A DNA stretch of 64,000 nt, from contig CBDFMQ010000002.1 in the NCBI GenBank assembly GCA_965249725.1, forward strand, positions 736,001 to 800,000, in the 5' to 3' direction. The DNA comes from Longimicrobiales bacterium (GTDB taxonomy: Bacteria; Gemmatimonadota; Gemmatimonadetes; Longimicrobiales; Gaopeijiaceae). Position numbers and translations under genes: made by a program. Positions 9,239 to 18,469 of this stretch are shown here, piece after piece; position 1 is the stretch's first letter, and the number at the start of each line of letters is the position of its first letter. The notes under the pieces are model-generated. The model was given only the letters and a program-made list of their open reading frames with translations, was not told the DNA's origin and did no database searches.

Positions 9239-10620
9239 GCGACGCCCGGCGTCTCATTCCCGCGGTCGAGCAGATTCTCGAGTCACCCGAGTTCGAGGAT
9301 ATCTTGGCGACGCATCCCAGGGGACTCGTCGTGAGCCAACTCCGGGCGGAGGTCGAACGCGTCAGGCGAGATATCGGGGCGGGGAGGACCCCGGAGGACG
9401 TGGAGGTCGTTAGCCGCTTTGCCGAGGCCGTGCTCCGTCGTTTGGACCGAGCCATGACGCCTTCGCTCCGGCCCGTGATCAACGGCACGGGTGTGGTGCT
9501 CCACACCAACCTCGGCCGGGCGCCCTTGGCCCGGGCGGCGATCGAGGCGGTGGAGGGTGCTCTGGGCTACTCGAATCTCGAATACGATTTGGAGGCAGGC
9601 GCGAGGGGGTCTCGCTATGACCACTGTACCGCCCTCCTTCGGGAACTGACGGGGGCCGAGGACGCCGTCGTCGTCAACAACGGGGCCGCCGCCCTGGTTC
9701 TCGCCCTGAGCACGGTCGCCCACGGACGACGTGTGCTGGTATCCAGAGGTGAGCTCGTGGAGATCGGCGGCGGCTTCAGGATTCCAGAGATCATGGAGAG
9801 TTCTGGCGCCATTCTCAGTGAGGTCGGCAGCACCAATCGGACGCGCCTCGAGGACTACCGGGACGCCTTGTCCGAATCAGGGGCCGCGGCACTGATCCTC
9901 AAGGTGCATCGCTCCAATTTCCGCATCACCGGCTTCACCGAGGAGGCGACGCTCGAGGGCCTGGCCGAGCTCGGGAACGAGAAGGGGATCGCAGTGGTCC
10001 ACGATCTCGGTTCGGGGCTCATGATCGATGCGGCAAGCCTCGGCCTGCCGGACGAGCCTCGGCCCACCGAGAGCCTGGCGGCGGGAGTGGATGTGGTCGC
10101 CTTCTCCGGAGACAAGCTGCTGGGTGGTCCGCAGGCGGGGATCCTGATCGGCAAGCGAGACTGGATCGAGCGGATGCGGAAGAACCCGCTTTGCCGAGCA
10201 CTGCGTGTCGACAAGACCACGCTGCTGGCGCTCGAGGCTACGCTCCGGCTGTATCGAGAGCCCGAGCGGGCCATGCAGGAGATCCCGACTCTCGCCATGC
10301 TCTCGGCCGATCCCGAGGTGCTGAAGGCTCGAGCCGAGGCCCTCCGTGAGGGACTATCCGCCGGGGGTGTCGAGGCCGAGGTGGTGAAGATGGCCTCGGT
10401 GGTCGGAGGCGGGACGTTTCCGGGCGTCGAGTTGGCCAGCTACGGGGTCCGTATTCCATCGGGAGCGGTAGGGGCCGACACGATGGCCGGTACCCTCCGC
10501 TCCGCCGTCCCCCCGCTGGTCGGTCGGGTCGAGGACGAGGCACTCTGGATCGATCTGCGGACCGTACTCGATTGGCAAGACGCTTCAGTGCTCAGAATCC
10601 TCTCCGAACACATAGGCTGA
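9235..10620 (+). CDS. selA: L-seryl-tRNA(Sec) selenium transferase
   Basis: VINGTGVVLHTNLGRA, SRGELVEIGGGFRIP, FSGDKLLGGPQAG. Confidence 0.96.
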   Translation: MSDARRLIPAVEQILESPEFEDILATHPRGLVVSQLRAEVERVRRDIGAGRTPEDVEVVSRFAEAVLRRLDRAMTPSLRPVINGTGVVLHTNLGRAPLARAAIEAVEGALGYSNLEYDLEAGARGSRYDHCTALLRELTGAEDAVVVNNGAAALVLALSTVAHGRRVLVSRGELVEIGGGFRIPEIMESSGAILSEVGSTNRTRLEDYRDALSESGAAALILKVHRSNFRITGFTEEATLEGLAELGNEKGIAVVHDLGSGLMIDAASLGLPDEPRPTESLAAGVDVVAFSGDKLLGGPQAGILIGKRDWIERMRKNPLCRALRVDKTTLLALEATLRLYREPERAMQEIPTLAMLSADPEVLKARAEALREGLSAGGVEAEVVKMASVVGGGTFPGVELASYGVRIPSGAVGADTMAGTLRSAVPPLVGRVEDEALWIDLRTVLDWQDASVLRILSEHIG

Positions 10621-11177
10621 TGAGCGACGAGGCACGTCCCGCGGTTTTCCTCGACCGAGACGGCACGCTCATCGAAGAGAGGGTCTACCTGGCGGATCCG
10701 GACGGCGTCGCGGTGTTGTCTCAAACCACAGAGGCACTCCGGGCGCTCCGCGAGGCAGGGTACGCCCTCGTGGTCGTGACCAACCAGTCAGGGATCGCAC
10801 GCGGGCTGTACGGTGAGGGTGAGTATCGGGCCGTCGCCGCCCGGCTCGACTCGCTCCTGGCCGAGGCCGGGGCCGCCGTGGACCTGACCCTACACTGTCC
10901 CCACCACCCCGATTTCGGGGAACCTTGCCCCTGCCGCAAGCCAGGCACCGGGATGCACCGGGACGCCGCGGTGGCACTGGGACTCAGCCTGGCGGATTCC
11001 TACTACGTGGGTGACAAGGTAGCCGACGTGCTGCCCGCTGGAGAGCTCGGAGGACAGGGCGTGCTCGTCCGTACCGGGTACGGAGACGATGAAGCGTCGC
11101 GGGTGCCGGAGGGCGTCGTCGTCGTAGACGACATATTTGCGGTAGCGCGGTTCATTCTCGGGACGGAGGGGCGTTGA
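10620..11177 (+). CDS. gmhB: D-glycero-D-manno-heptose 1,7-bisphosphate phosphatase (HAD-IIIA)
   Basis: FLDRDGT, TNQSGIARG, CPHHP..CPCRKP, VGDK; ATG overlaps selA stop. Confidence 0.9.
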   Translation: MSDEARPAVFLDRDGTLIEERVYLADPDGVAVLSQTTEALRALREAGYALVVVTNQSGIARGLYGEGEYRAVAARLDSLLAEAGAAVDLTLHCPHHPDFGEPCPCRKPGTGMHRDAAVALGLSLADSYYVGDKVADVLPAGELGGQGVLVRTGYGDDEASRVPEGVVVVDDIFAVARFILGTEGR

Positions 11178-11201
11178 CCCCCCCTTGGGCTCCCGGTAGC
11201 T
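11174..11201 (+). promoter_or_regulatory. Putative sigma70 promoter of erpA
   Basis: TTGACC-N16-TAGCTT. Confidence 0.45.
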
Positions 11202-11288
11202 TTTTGGCGTTTCAAGGAAGGCAATTCGCCGGCGATGAGAACGATCCGTGGGCGGTAGGGGTAAGAGATCCCCAGGAGAAGAAATCTT

Positions 11289-11633
11289 ATGGAAGGCATT
11301 GAAACACTGTTGAGCCTCACGCCGGATGCGGTGAGCAAGGTCCAGTCGTTCATTGAAGAGCAGGGAGCCTCGGGAGAGGCCGGTCTGCGCGTCGCGGTTC
11401 TTCCCGGCGGGTGCTCGGGTTTTCAGTACGGCCTGAACATCGAGGACGCCCCGGAGAGCGACGACGAGATCTTCGACCTTTCCGGTGTGAAGATCTTCGT
11501 GGATCCGTTCAGTGTTCAGTACCTGAGCGGTGTCGAGATCGACTATGTAACCAGCATGATGGGATCGGGCTTCACGTTCACGAACCCGAATGCCTCCGGT
11601 GGATGCGGCTGCGGAAGTTCATTCACCGCCTAG
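11289..11633 (+). CDS. erpA: A-type Fe-S carrier (ErpA/IscA/HesB family)
   Basis: GGCSGFQY, NPNA..GCGCGSSF. Confidence 0.9.
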   Translation: MEGIETLLSLTPDAVSKVQSFIEEQGASGEAGLRVAVLPGGCSGFQYGLNIEDAPESDDEIFDLSGVKIFVDPFSVQYLSGVEIDYVTSMMGSGFTFTNPNASGGCGCGSSFTA

Positions 11634-11660
11634 AGTTCCGAGCACGGATTCGGATGTACC

Positions 11661-11696
11661 GGCTCGTAGGTGAGATTCCTACGGGCCACTCTTTTT
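11661..11696 (+). terminator. Rho-independent terminator
   Basis: GGCTCGTAGG..CCTACGGGCC hairpin followed by a T run. Confidence 0.7.
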
Positions 11697-11715
11697 GGGG
11701 TCATGCCTGAATACG

Positions 11716-12366
11716 ATGCGCTTTCAAGCCTTCACAGCCGGGAACTTCGCCGAGAACGGGTACGTCGCGTGGTGTGAGACCACCGGCGAGTGCGTCGTCG
11801 TGGACCCCGGCGCCTGCGCCTCCCAGATGGTCGCCGCGATCGAGGCCGAGGGCAGTGACCTGGTCGCGGTCCTGTTGACGCACGCCCATCTCGATCACGT
11901 AGAGGGTCTGGGCGTCATTCGGGATTTCGCGGACGTACCTACGTACCTGCACCCCGCCGACCGACCCCTCTTCGACGGCGTGCCGGCTCAAGCGGCCATG
12001 TTCGGCCTCCAGGCGCCGGCGTTGGATCCGCCCGAGGAGGAGTTCCAGGACGGGGACACCTACCGCTTCGGTGCATCGGCTTTTCAGGTCATTCACACAC
12101 CCGGGCATTCGCCGGGCCACGTCATCCTCGTGGCCGCCGATGACGACCTGGCGATCGTCGGGGACCTCGTCTTTGCGGGCTCGGTCGGGAGAACCGATCT
12201 TCCGGGTGGTGACTACCACGCTCTCTTCAACAGCATTCGCCGGCACGTCCTGACCATGTCCGATGACACCCGACTCCTGACCGGCCATGGACCCCCGACC
12301 ACCGTTGGGCACGAGCGTGTGGGCAACCCCTTTCTGACCCCGCACTACGGAGGGGAGCTGGCGTGA
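11716..12366 (+). CDS. MBL-fold metallohydrolase (glyoxalase II/GloC-like)
   Basis: THAHLDH, TPGHSPG, GD, GRTDLPGG, GHG. Confidence 0.9.
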   Translation: MRFQAFTAGNFAENGYVAWCETTGECVVVDPGACASQMVAAIEAEGSDLVAVLLTHAHLDHVEGLGVIRDFADVPTYLHPADRPLFDGVPAQAAMFGLQAPALDPPEEEFQDGDTYRFGASAFQVIHTPGHSPGHVILVAADDDLAIVGDLVFAGSVGRTDLPGGDYHALFNSIRRHVLTMSDDTRLLTGHGPPTTVGHERVGNPFLTPHYGGELA

Positions 12367-13037
12367 CGCTTCCTGTTCCCGTGGCCGTGTTTGCGTCGGG
12401 CGGGGGAACGAATCTCCAGGCACTTCTGGATCACGAGGCGGGGAACGAGGCTTACCGGGTCGTGGCAGTCATCGCGGATCGCCCGGATGCCGGGGCGCTC
12501 GATCGGGCCAGGGAAGCCGGCCGGGACGCATCGGTGATCAACCCGAAGGATCGCTCCCAGGAAGAGATCGGGGACGAGATTCTCCGTCACCTCCGGGATC
12601 GCGACGTGCGGGTCATCGCACTGGCCGGGTATCTCAGACTGATCCCGGCGGCCGTTGTGGCGGCCTATCCCAGACGCATCCTCAACATCCATCCCGCGCT
12701 GCTTCCGGCGTTCGGTGGGAAGGGCATGTACGGGGCGCGGGTCCATCAGGCGGTTGTGGCCGAGGGGGCCAAGGTGACCGGAGCGACCGTCCATTATGTC
12801 GATGAGAAGTACGACACCGGAGCCATGGTAGCCCAGTGGCCCGTCCCGGTGCTCCCGGAAGACGATGCCGATGCCGTCGCCGCACGCGTGCTCGAGGTCG
12901 AGCATCTTCTGTATCCCGCCGTGCTCGAACACGTGTGTCGAGCCGTAGCGGAGGGCAGGGATCCCGAGCCGTTCGCCCTGGCCTCCATCGATTCCCATAT
13001 GCATGTCAGGACTGACAACGCAAGAGCAAGCGAATAG
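12363..13037 (+). CDS. purN: Phosphoribosylglycinamide formyltransferase
   Basis: SGGGTNLQA, LNIHPALLP, GATVHYV..YDTG. Confidence 0.96.
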   Translation: MTLPVPVAVFASGGGTNLQALLDHEAGNEAYRVVAVIADRPDAGALDRAREAGRDASVINPKDRSQEEIGDEILRHLRDRDVRVIALAGYLRLIPAAVVAAYPRRILNIHPALLPAFGGKGMYGARVHQAVVAEGAKVTGATVHYVDEKYDTGAMVAQWPVPVLPEDDADAVAARVLEVEHLLYPAVLEHVCRAVAEGRDPEPFALASIDSHMHVRTDNARASE

Positions 13038-13054
13038 AGGAGAGCGAGCTAGAC

Positions 13055-14764
13055 ATGAAGCGACGAGCGCTGCTTAGCGTGTCCGATAAATCCGGTATCG
13101 AATCTCTGGCCAGATCACTGGTCGATGCCGGGTGGGAGATCCTGTCGACCGGCGGCACCGCCGGTGCGGTGCGGGACGCCGGTCTGCCCGTGACCGAGGT
13201 AGCTGAGGTGACCGGTCATCCGGAGATGATGGAGGGGCGCGTGAAGACGCTGCATCCCGCCGTTCACGCTGGCCTGCTGGCCCGTCGCGATCGGCCGGAT
13301 GACATGGCCGCCCTCGAGGAACAGGGATACGCACCCATCGACTTGGTGGCCGTGAACCTCTACCCGTTCCGGGAGACCGTGGCTCATGGTGACGTGCCGG
13401 TGGGCGAAGCCATGTCCAAGGTGGACATCGGCGGACCCACCATGATCCGCGCGGCCGCCAAGAGCCATGCAGACGTGCTCGTGATGGTGGATCCCTCGGA
13501 CTACGACCGGGTGCTGAATGCTCTGGCGGAGGGCGACGCCGTGGACGGTGCCCTACGTCGAGAGCTCGCCGCCAAGGTCTTCCGGCACATCAGTGAGTAT
13601 GACGCCACCGTGGCGACCTACCTGGAGGCGGGATCCGACGGAGCCGACGCCGGGACGGATGCCCGAGCGGAGGCCGGGCTGGAGGCCAAGGAGTCCGACG
13701 CCGGCCTACCCGATGCTCTGTCCCTGGATTTCGAGCTGGTGCAAGGCCTGCGGTACGGTGAGAACCCCGGCCAGGATGCCGCCTTCTACCGGAAGCTTGG
13801 TGGGCAGGATGGCCTGGCTGGGCTCGAGCAACTCCACGGCAAGGATCTCTCCTACAACAACCTGCTGGATCTCGACGGCGCACTACTGTCTCTGGCTCCC
13901 TTCGCGTACTCTCCGCGGCCCGCCGTATGCATCGTCAAGCACACGACGCCGTGTGGGCTGGCCGTAGCGGGAACCGTGGTCGAGGCGTACGAACGTGCCC
14001 TGCGAACGGACGGCGTCAGCGCCTTCGGGTCGGTCATCGCGGTAAACCGGCGAATCGACACGGAAACGGCCCAAGCCATGTCAGGGTTGTTCATCGAATG
14101 CGTCGTGGCGCCGGCCTACGACGACGAGGCCATCGAAGTGCTGACGCAGAAGAAGAACGTACGGTTGCTGGTCTGCGGCGGAATCGGCGAGACGATCGAG
14201 GGCGAACCACCCGAGGACTGGTGGGGCAGGGCGCCCGAAGAGGTACGTCGAACCGGTCGCTTCCTAGCGGAGCACGGACGCCGACCTGAAGCTCTCGCCC
14301 TACGAAGCGTATACGGTGGAATGCTGACGCAGACACCACCACCACCACCGTTCTACGGGCTGAGCAACGTGGATTGGTCCGTCGCCACCGACAGGAGTCC
14401 GGACGAGGCCGAATGGGACGATCTCCGGTTCGCCTGGGCCGCCGTGTTCGGCGTGAAGTCCAACGCGATCTTGTTTGCCAGCGGAGGAGCCACGTTGGGG
14501 ATCGGCGCCGGTCAGATGAGCCGAGTGGATTCCTCGCGCATAGCCGTCCAGAAGGCGGCGGATGCCGGCCTGGACCTGACCGGTGCCGTGCTGGCATCCG
14601 ACGCGTTCTTCCCGTTCCGGGACGGTGTGGACGCTGCTGCGGAAGCCGGCGTGCGGGCCATCGTGCAGCCCGGGGGATCGATGCGGGACGATGAGGTCAT
14701 CGAGGCCGCGAACGAACACGGTATGGCGATGGTGTTTACCGGGCAGCGGCTCTTCCGACATTAA
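13055..14764 (+). CDS. purH: Bifunctional AICAR transformylase/IMP cyclohydrolase
   Basis: [41 protein letters not shown]. Confidence 0.97.
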   Translation: MKRRALLSVSDKSGIESLARSLVDAGWEILSTGGTAGAVRDAGLPVTEVAEVTGHPEMMEGRVKTLHPAVHAGLLARRDRPDDMAALEEQGYAPIDLVAVNLYPFRETVAHGDVPVGEAMSKVDIGGPTMIRAAAKSHADVLVMVDPSDYDRVLNALAEGDAVDGALRRELAAKVFRHISEYDATVATYLEAGSDGADAGTDARAEAGLEAKESDAGLPDALSLDFELVQGLRYGENPGQDAAFYRKLGGQDGLAGLEQLHGKDLSYNNLLDLDGALLSLAPFAYSPRPAVCIVKHTTPCGLAVAGTVVEAYERALRTDGVSAFGSVIAVNRRIDTETAQAMSGLFIECVVAPAYDDEAIEVLTQKKNVRLLVCGGIGETIEGEPPEDWWGRAPEEVRRTGRFLAEHGRRPEALALRSVYGGMLTQTPPPPPFYGLSNVDWSVATDRSPDEAEWDDLRFAWAAVFGVKSNAILFASGGATLGIGAGQMSRVDSSRIAVQKAADAGLDLTGAVLASDAFFPFRDGVDAAAEAGVRAIVQPGGSMRDDEVIEAANEHGMAMVFTGQRLFRH

Positions 14765-14845
14765 TCAAGCCCTCGGTCGGATCACGCGCAGCCTCTTTAC
14801 ACGACGCGTGTGAATCCCTGAGGTTCTTCAAGCCAGAAGCTACCT

Positions 14846-14929
14846 GGAGGGGTGGCAGAGCGGTTCAATGCACCAGTCTTGAAAACTGGCGGGCGCAAGC
14901 CTACGCGGGTTCGAATCCCGCCCCCTCCG
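14846..14929 (+). tRNA. tRNA-Ser (TGA), CCA not encoded
   Basis: GGAGGGG/CCCCTCC acceptor, CCAGT-CTTGAAA-ACTGG anticodon arm, long variable arm, GGTTCGAATCC, G discriminator. Confidence 0.97.
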
Positions 14930-15267
14930 CTACATAGATTTGTTCGCATTCGAACCCGCGCGCTCTTCAAAGAAGAGCGCCAGCGGGCTCGAGCCGAGCG
15001 GTCAGCCAAGCAGACCGCGCATGCGGCCCTGCCGGTCTCCCGTGAGACGACGTCGAGAAGCGACGTCAATCCCGTCGCCTCCGCTACATAGATTTGTTCG
15101 CATTCGAGCCCGCGACACTCAACTCATCTGGCCTCCGATGAACCCGGGGCGGTTCAAAGAGCGCCAGCGGGCTCGAGTCGAGCGGTCAGCCAAGCAGACC
15201 GCGCATGCGACCCTGCCGGTCTCCCGCGAGACGACGTCGCAAAGCGACGTCAATCCCGTCCCCTCCG
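14914..15267 (+). repeat. Two tandem structured repeats (154 and 184 bp), each ending in a copy of the tRNA-Ser 3' end (RtT-like)
   Basis: AATCCCG(C/T)C(C/G)CCTCCG at 14914, 15068 and 15252; intervening units are near-identical and multi-hairpin. Confidence 0.9.
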
Positions 15268-15487
15268 GCTCAGAGTACCGTCCGAACGCAGTCAAACTAA
15301 GTTGAACAGCGCAGTTTAAGACAATATTGGAGCGGCAGGATTACGGATCGGGGAATCTCAGACGTGAAGATTGTCGGGGTATCTGTTGCGTCCGAGGTGG
15401 GATCGTGCCGATGATGGGGCGGTTGGTGAAGTACAACTTGACGAGCAACGTTCACCAAGGGCTGCGGACCGGACCCAGGTGGAGAGG

Positions 15488-15987
15488 TCAGCCCCCGTCT
15501 CCGAGCAGCTCTCGCGCTTCATCTTCGGAAAGCCCCACCTCGGCCACGTCCTCACTGGTCTCGAGCAATTCTCGGTCCTCTGCCCTTCTGGCTAGGGCCA
15601 GCGAACCAGCAGCAGAGCCCGCGCCGGCCACCGCGAAGATGGGGCCCAGGCCCACCAGGTTCCATAAGAAAGCGGGGTCCTCTGCAAGGGCCACGGCCAA
15701 GACGCGGACAGCAGGAACCCCCCAGCGGCCCCCCACCCCGCAAAGCGTGGAAGGGACATCTGATCGAACCGGCGACGACCCTCAACAAGACCCAGGACCC
15801 CTGAGAAGGTGACGCCGGCAACAAAGCCGAAGGCACCAAACAAGAGGGGATAGGGGACGTCGGCGCCGGTACTACCAGTTACCAGCAGAAGCCCCAGCAG
15901 CATGATCATGCCCGCGCCGAACCATGCTGCTGCCCAGGTCAGGCCCGTCCCGATGGCGCCGCGGACGCGTCTCAGCCACTTCTTCAT
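15488..15987 (-). pseudogene. Membrane protein gene with a frameshift near 15705
   Basis: MKKWLRRVRGAIGTGLTWA...GFLLSA in one frame continues as VLAVALA...ALARRAEDRELL in another. Confidence 0.7.
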
Positions 15988-16164
15988 TACCACCCCCCTC
16001 TGTACTTGGACCTGCTGCAAGCGATGCCGCCGCCGATTCAGCTACAAGTACTTTACGTTACAAAGTAGGCGCCAGGGAAGCGGGGGCCAAGAGGGCGGAC
16101 CGACCAGGTCCGACGATGCCCTAGGTGCCCAGGACGAGAAGGCACCTCTACCGCTGCGGCGTGA

Positions 16165-16833
16165 ACAGCGCACGCACAGCACGGGCGAGGCGGCGAGCGG
16201 TAGCGACCCGAGCGACCTGCCACCCGAGTCGCTGCCTGATCAGTTCGTAGGACTGCGATAGCCAGCTGTCGGGCGCGTACGTGACGTGGCTCACGACGGT
16301 CCGGACGAAGGTGCCCCTCAGCCAACGGTTCGCTCCGGCGGGGATCGATCCGTGACGAATGGGCCGGAGACCCGACTGTGAGGAGCGTGGAGCGAGACCG
16401 GCGTAGCTGACCAGGTGGCCCGGCGTGCGAAATCGCTTGATAGGCAATGTCTCGGTGGCGATGAGCAGTGCCCGGTAGGGACCGATGCCCGGGACGGTCT
16501 CGAGCAATGCTACGGCCGGGATCTCTCGGCCCACGTGCTCGACCCTACGATCGAGGGTTTTGATCATCGGTACGATTTGGTCGATGAGAGCTCCAGGGGC
16601 TGATACTGCTGGAGCAGATCATCGAGTCGATCCTCTTGCGTGTTCTTGATCCGGATGGGTCCGGCCACCAGCTGACCCGTATTGCTCACGATGGCGATCA
16701 CCGAATACGTTGCGTGAGCATCGATTCCTGCGACAAACATGGCTGGCCTCCTTGGGTTGAGTGCCGCAGGCCTTTGAGCAAAGTTCAGCGTAACGCTCCG
16801 CTCGAGTGAGGTCAGCCCTTCGCCTTATAAGAT
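16165..16833 (-). mobile_element. Deleted IS110/IS1111-family remnant (left end intact, transposase internally deleted, right end lost)
   Basis: Homologous to 18450-19914: same CCTTCGCCTTATA IR (16817-16829), MFVAGIDAHATYS start at 16740, jump from QPLE to LIDQIVP, truncated after ARAVRAL. Confidence 0.93.
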
Positions 16834-16854
16834 CAGAATCGCAATCCGTTAGGC
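16834..16854 (+). other. attC right arm (L'-R'), left behind after IS insertion
   Basis: CAGAATCGCAATCC-GTTAGGC (GTTRRRY core) immediately before a cassette ORF. Confidence 0.75.
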
Positions 16855-16886
16855 TGCACAAAACGTTCAAGCGCATCGGAGACAAG

Positions 16887-17411
16887 ATGAGGCCAAGGGG
16901 AAGAGTCCCATGCATGACCGCCCTCTTGGGTGGAGTTATCGTGCTGCTAGGTGCTTGCCAAGTCGCACCCCCAGAAAGTACGACGGACCCGCATGTGGAG
17001 GGTGGGACGGATGTGGAGCGGGGTCGATACGTGACCATCATCGGCGGCTGTAACGACCGTCATACGGATGGTTATCTCCAAGCGGAGGGGAATATCCCAG
17101 AGGATCAGTGGCTCCTCGGGTCACCCCTGGGGTGGCGCGGTCCTTGGGGCACTACCTATCCACCGAACCTCCGACTCTCGGTGCAGGGAATGGACGAGAA
17201 TCAGTGGGTCGGAATGCTCCACACACGAACCGCTCTGCCACCGATGCCCTGGATGAACACAAGCCAAATGGCCGAGCCGGACGCACGTGCTCTTTTCCGG
17301 TACATCGTTTCACTCGGGCCTGGAGGAGAGGCGATGCCTCCTGCTCTTCCCCCCGATGTCGAGCCGACGACACCGTATCTATCGTTGCTGCCCATCGTCC
17401 CAGGGAACTGA
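16887..17411 (+). CDS. Cytochrome c-like lipoprotein cassette (haem motif mutated to CNDRH)
   Basis: Lipobox LGAC, VERGRY, GGCNDRHT, GPWGTTYPPNL, PPMPW. Confidence 0.8.
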   Translation: MRPRGRVPCMTALLGGVIVLLGACQVAPPESTTDPHVEGGTDVERGRYVTIIGGCNDRHTDGYLQAEGNIPEDQWLLGSPLGWRGPWGTTYPPNLRLSVQGMDENQWVGMLHTRTALPPMPWMNTSQMAEPDARALFRYIVSLGPGGEAMPPALPPDVEPTTPYLSLLPIVPGN

Positions 17412-17413
17412 TA

Positions 17414-17433
17414 AGAATCGCAATCCGTTAGGC
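17414..17433 (+). other. attC right arm only (left arm deleted)
   Basis: AGAATCGCAATCCGTTAGGC, identical to 16835-16854, 2 nt after the stop codon. Confidence 0.75.
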
Positions 17434-17482
17434 ACCGTTATCGTACGCGTGCTGCTCTGGAATCCTCACAAAAGGACCCAAT

Positions 17483-17839
17483 ATGTCATCTGCCGTATCC
17501 TGGAACCTTCGGGTGTCGATCAACGAGGGTCGCTTAGAAGACTTTCGCGCTCTGATGCAAGAAATGGTCGCCTCCACCGAGGGTGAGGCTGGGGCCTTGG
17601 GCTACGAGTGGTTCCTTAGCGAGGACGGAGCTTCCTGTCACATCAACGAGCGCTACACCGATTCAGACGCCGTGATGGCGCATCTGGGCAATTTCGGCGC
17701 GAACTTCGCCGAGCGCTTTCTTGGATGCGTCGCACCGACTTCAATCGATGTCTACGGTGACCCGTCAGATGAGGTCCGAGAGGCTCTCGCCGGCTTCGGC
17801 GCAGTGCATCACGGCCCGTTTGGAGGATTTAGTCGGTAG
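17483..17839 (+). CDS. ABM/putative quinol monooxygenase family cassette
   Basis: EAGALGYEWF, ERYTDSDAVMAHL. Confidence 0.85.
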   Translation: MSSAVSWNLRVSINEGRLEDFRALMQEMVASTEGEAGALGYEWFLSEDGASCHINERYTDSDAVMAHLGNFGANFAERFLGCVAPTSIDVYGDPSDEVREALAGFGAVHHGPFGGFSR

Positions 17840-17861
17840 GGTCCGCTTGTCGGGCGTAGGT

Positions 17862-17926
17862 GCTTAACAAGCGATTGCTGCAGTCGCGGTAGGCATCCTA
17901 ACCGCCGCCGCTTCGCGTCCCGCGAC
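17862..17926 (+). other. attC left arm (R''-L''), right arm missing
   Basis: GCTTAAC (RYYTAAC) AAGCGATTGCTGCAGTCGCGG, complementary to the right-arm copies. Confidence 0.7.
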
Positions 17927-17933
17927 CGGGTGG

Positions 17934-18284
17934 CTACTTCCCCGGTCGGGACCCGGCTGCCAGTTCGTACGACTCCTCTAGCCAGTTCTCCCAGACGGCT
18001 TCGGAGAGCGGCTCCTCCGCTGTGAAACGAGTCGTAACCCATCCCGTGGATCCGACTTCAAAGCGGTCCGGATGTGTGGTCGCGAGTTCCCTCGCCTTTG
18101 GCATGGATTGATCGAGCTTGAACATGGCCTTGAAGCCGCGGCCCTTGACGCCCGGTCCGATGTAGAGGAAGGCGCGCTTGCCGACCTTGAAAGCGCTCTG
18201 GTTGCAGGAGGTTCCCGGGGCGACAGCTGGAAACGCGGCAGCCTTGGTCCGAATCGTGTCGGTGGGATCAGAGTCTACAGACAT
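17934..18284 (-). CDS. MmcQ/YjbR-like protein (reverse-oriented cassette gene)
   Basis: AFKVGKRAFLY, GWVT, WLEESYEL. Confidence 0.75.
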   Translation of the reverse strand: MSVDSDPTDTIRTKAAAFPAVAPGTSCNQSAFKVGKRAFLYIGPGVKGRGFKAMFKLDQSMPKARELATTHPDRFEVGSTGWVTTRFTAEEPLSEAVWENWLEESYELAAGSRPGK

Positions 18285-18469
18285 GGATACGTTGCCTCCG
18301 AGTTGGGATAGGTCACGATTCCCGGGTAGGCGAGACGGGGCCTCTCTCACCGAGGGTACGCGCGGCGGGGTCCCCATAACAAGGAACTGCTGCTGTCGCG
18401 GTAGTCATCTGGCTCGCGCTCTCCGCCTGCGGTCACCATCTTTGCCGCGATCATCTATAAGGCGAAGGA

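Noticed and set aside
9235..11633. Selenoprotein (UGA readthrough) near selA, e.g. erpA
   Set aside because: ErpA has ordinary Cys codons; no in-frame TGA with a conserved downstream continuation was noticed
14914..15267. CRISPR array, or attL/attR of an integrase-encoding island
   Set aside because: The intervening units are near-identical rather than unique spacers; no cas or tyrosine integrase gene in the window; no distal tRNA-end copy noticed
15270..16160. Integron integrase/attI at the head of the array
   Set aside because: No tyrosine recombinase motifs in the ORFs; the AT-rich patch at 15292-15330 is not convincingly attI or dif
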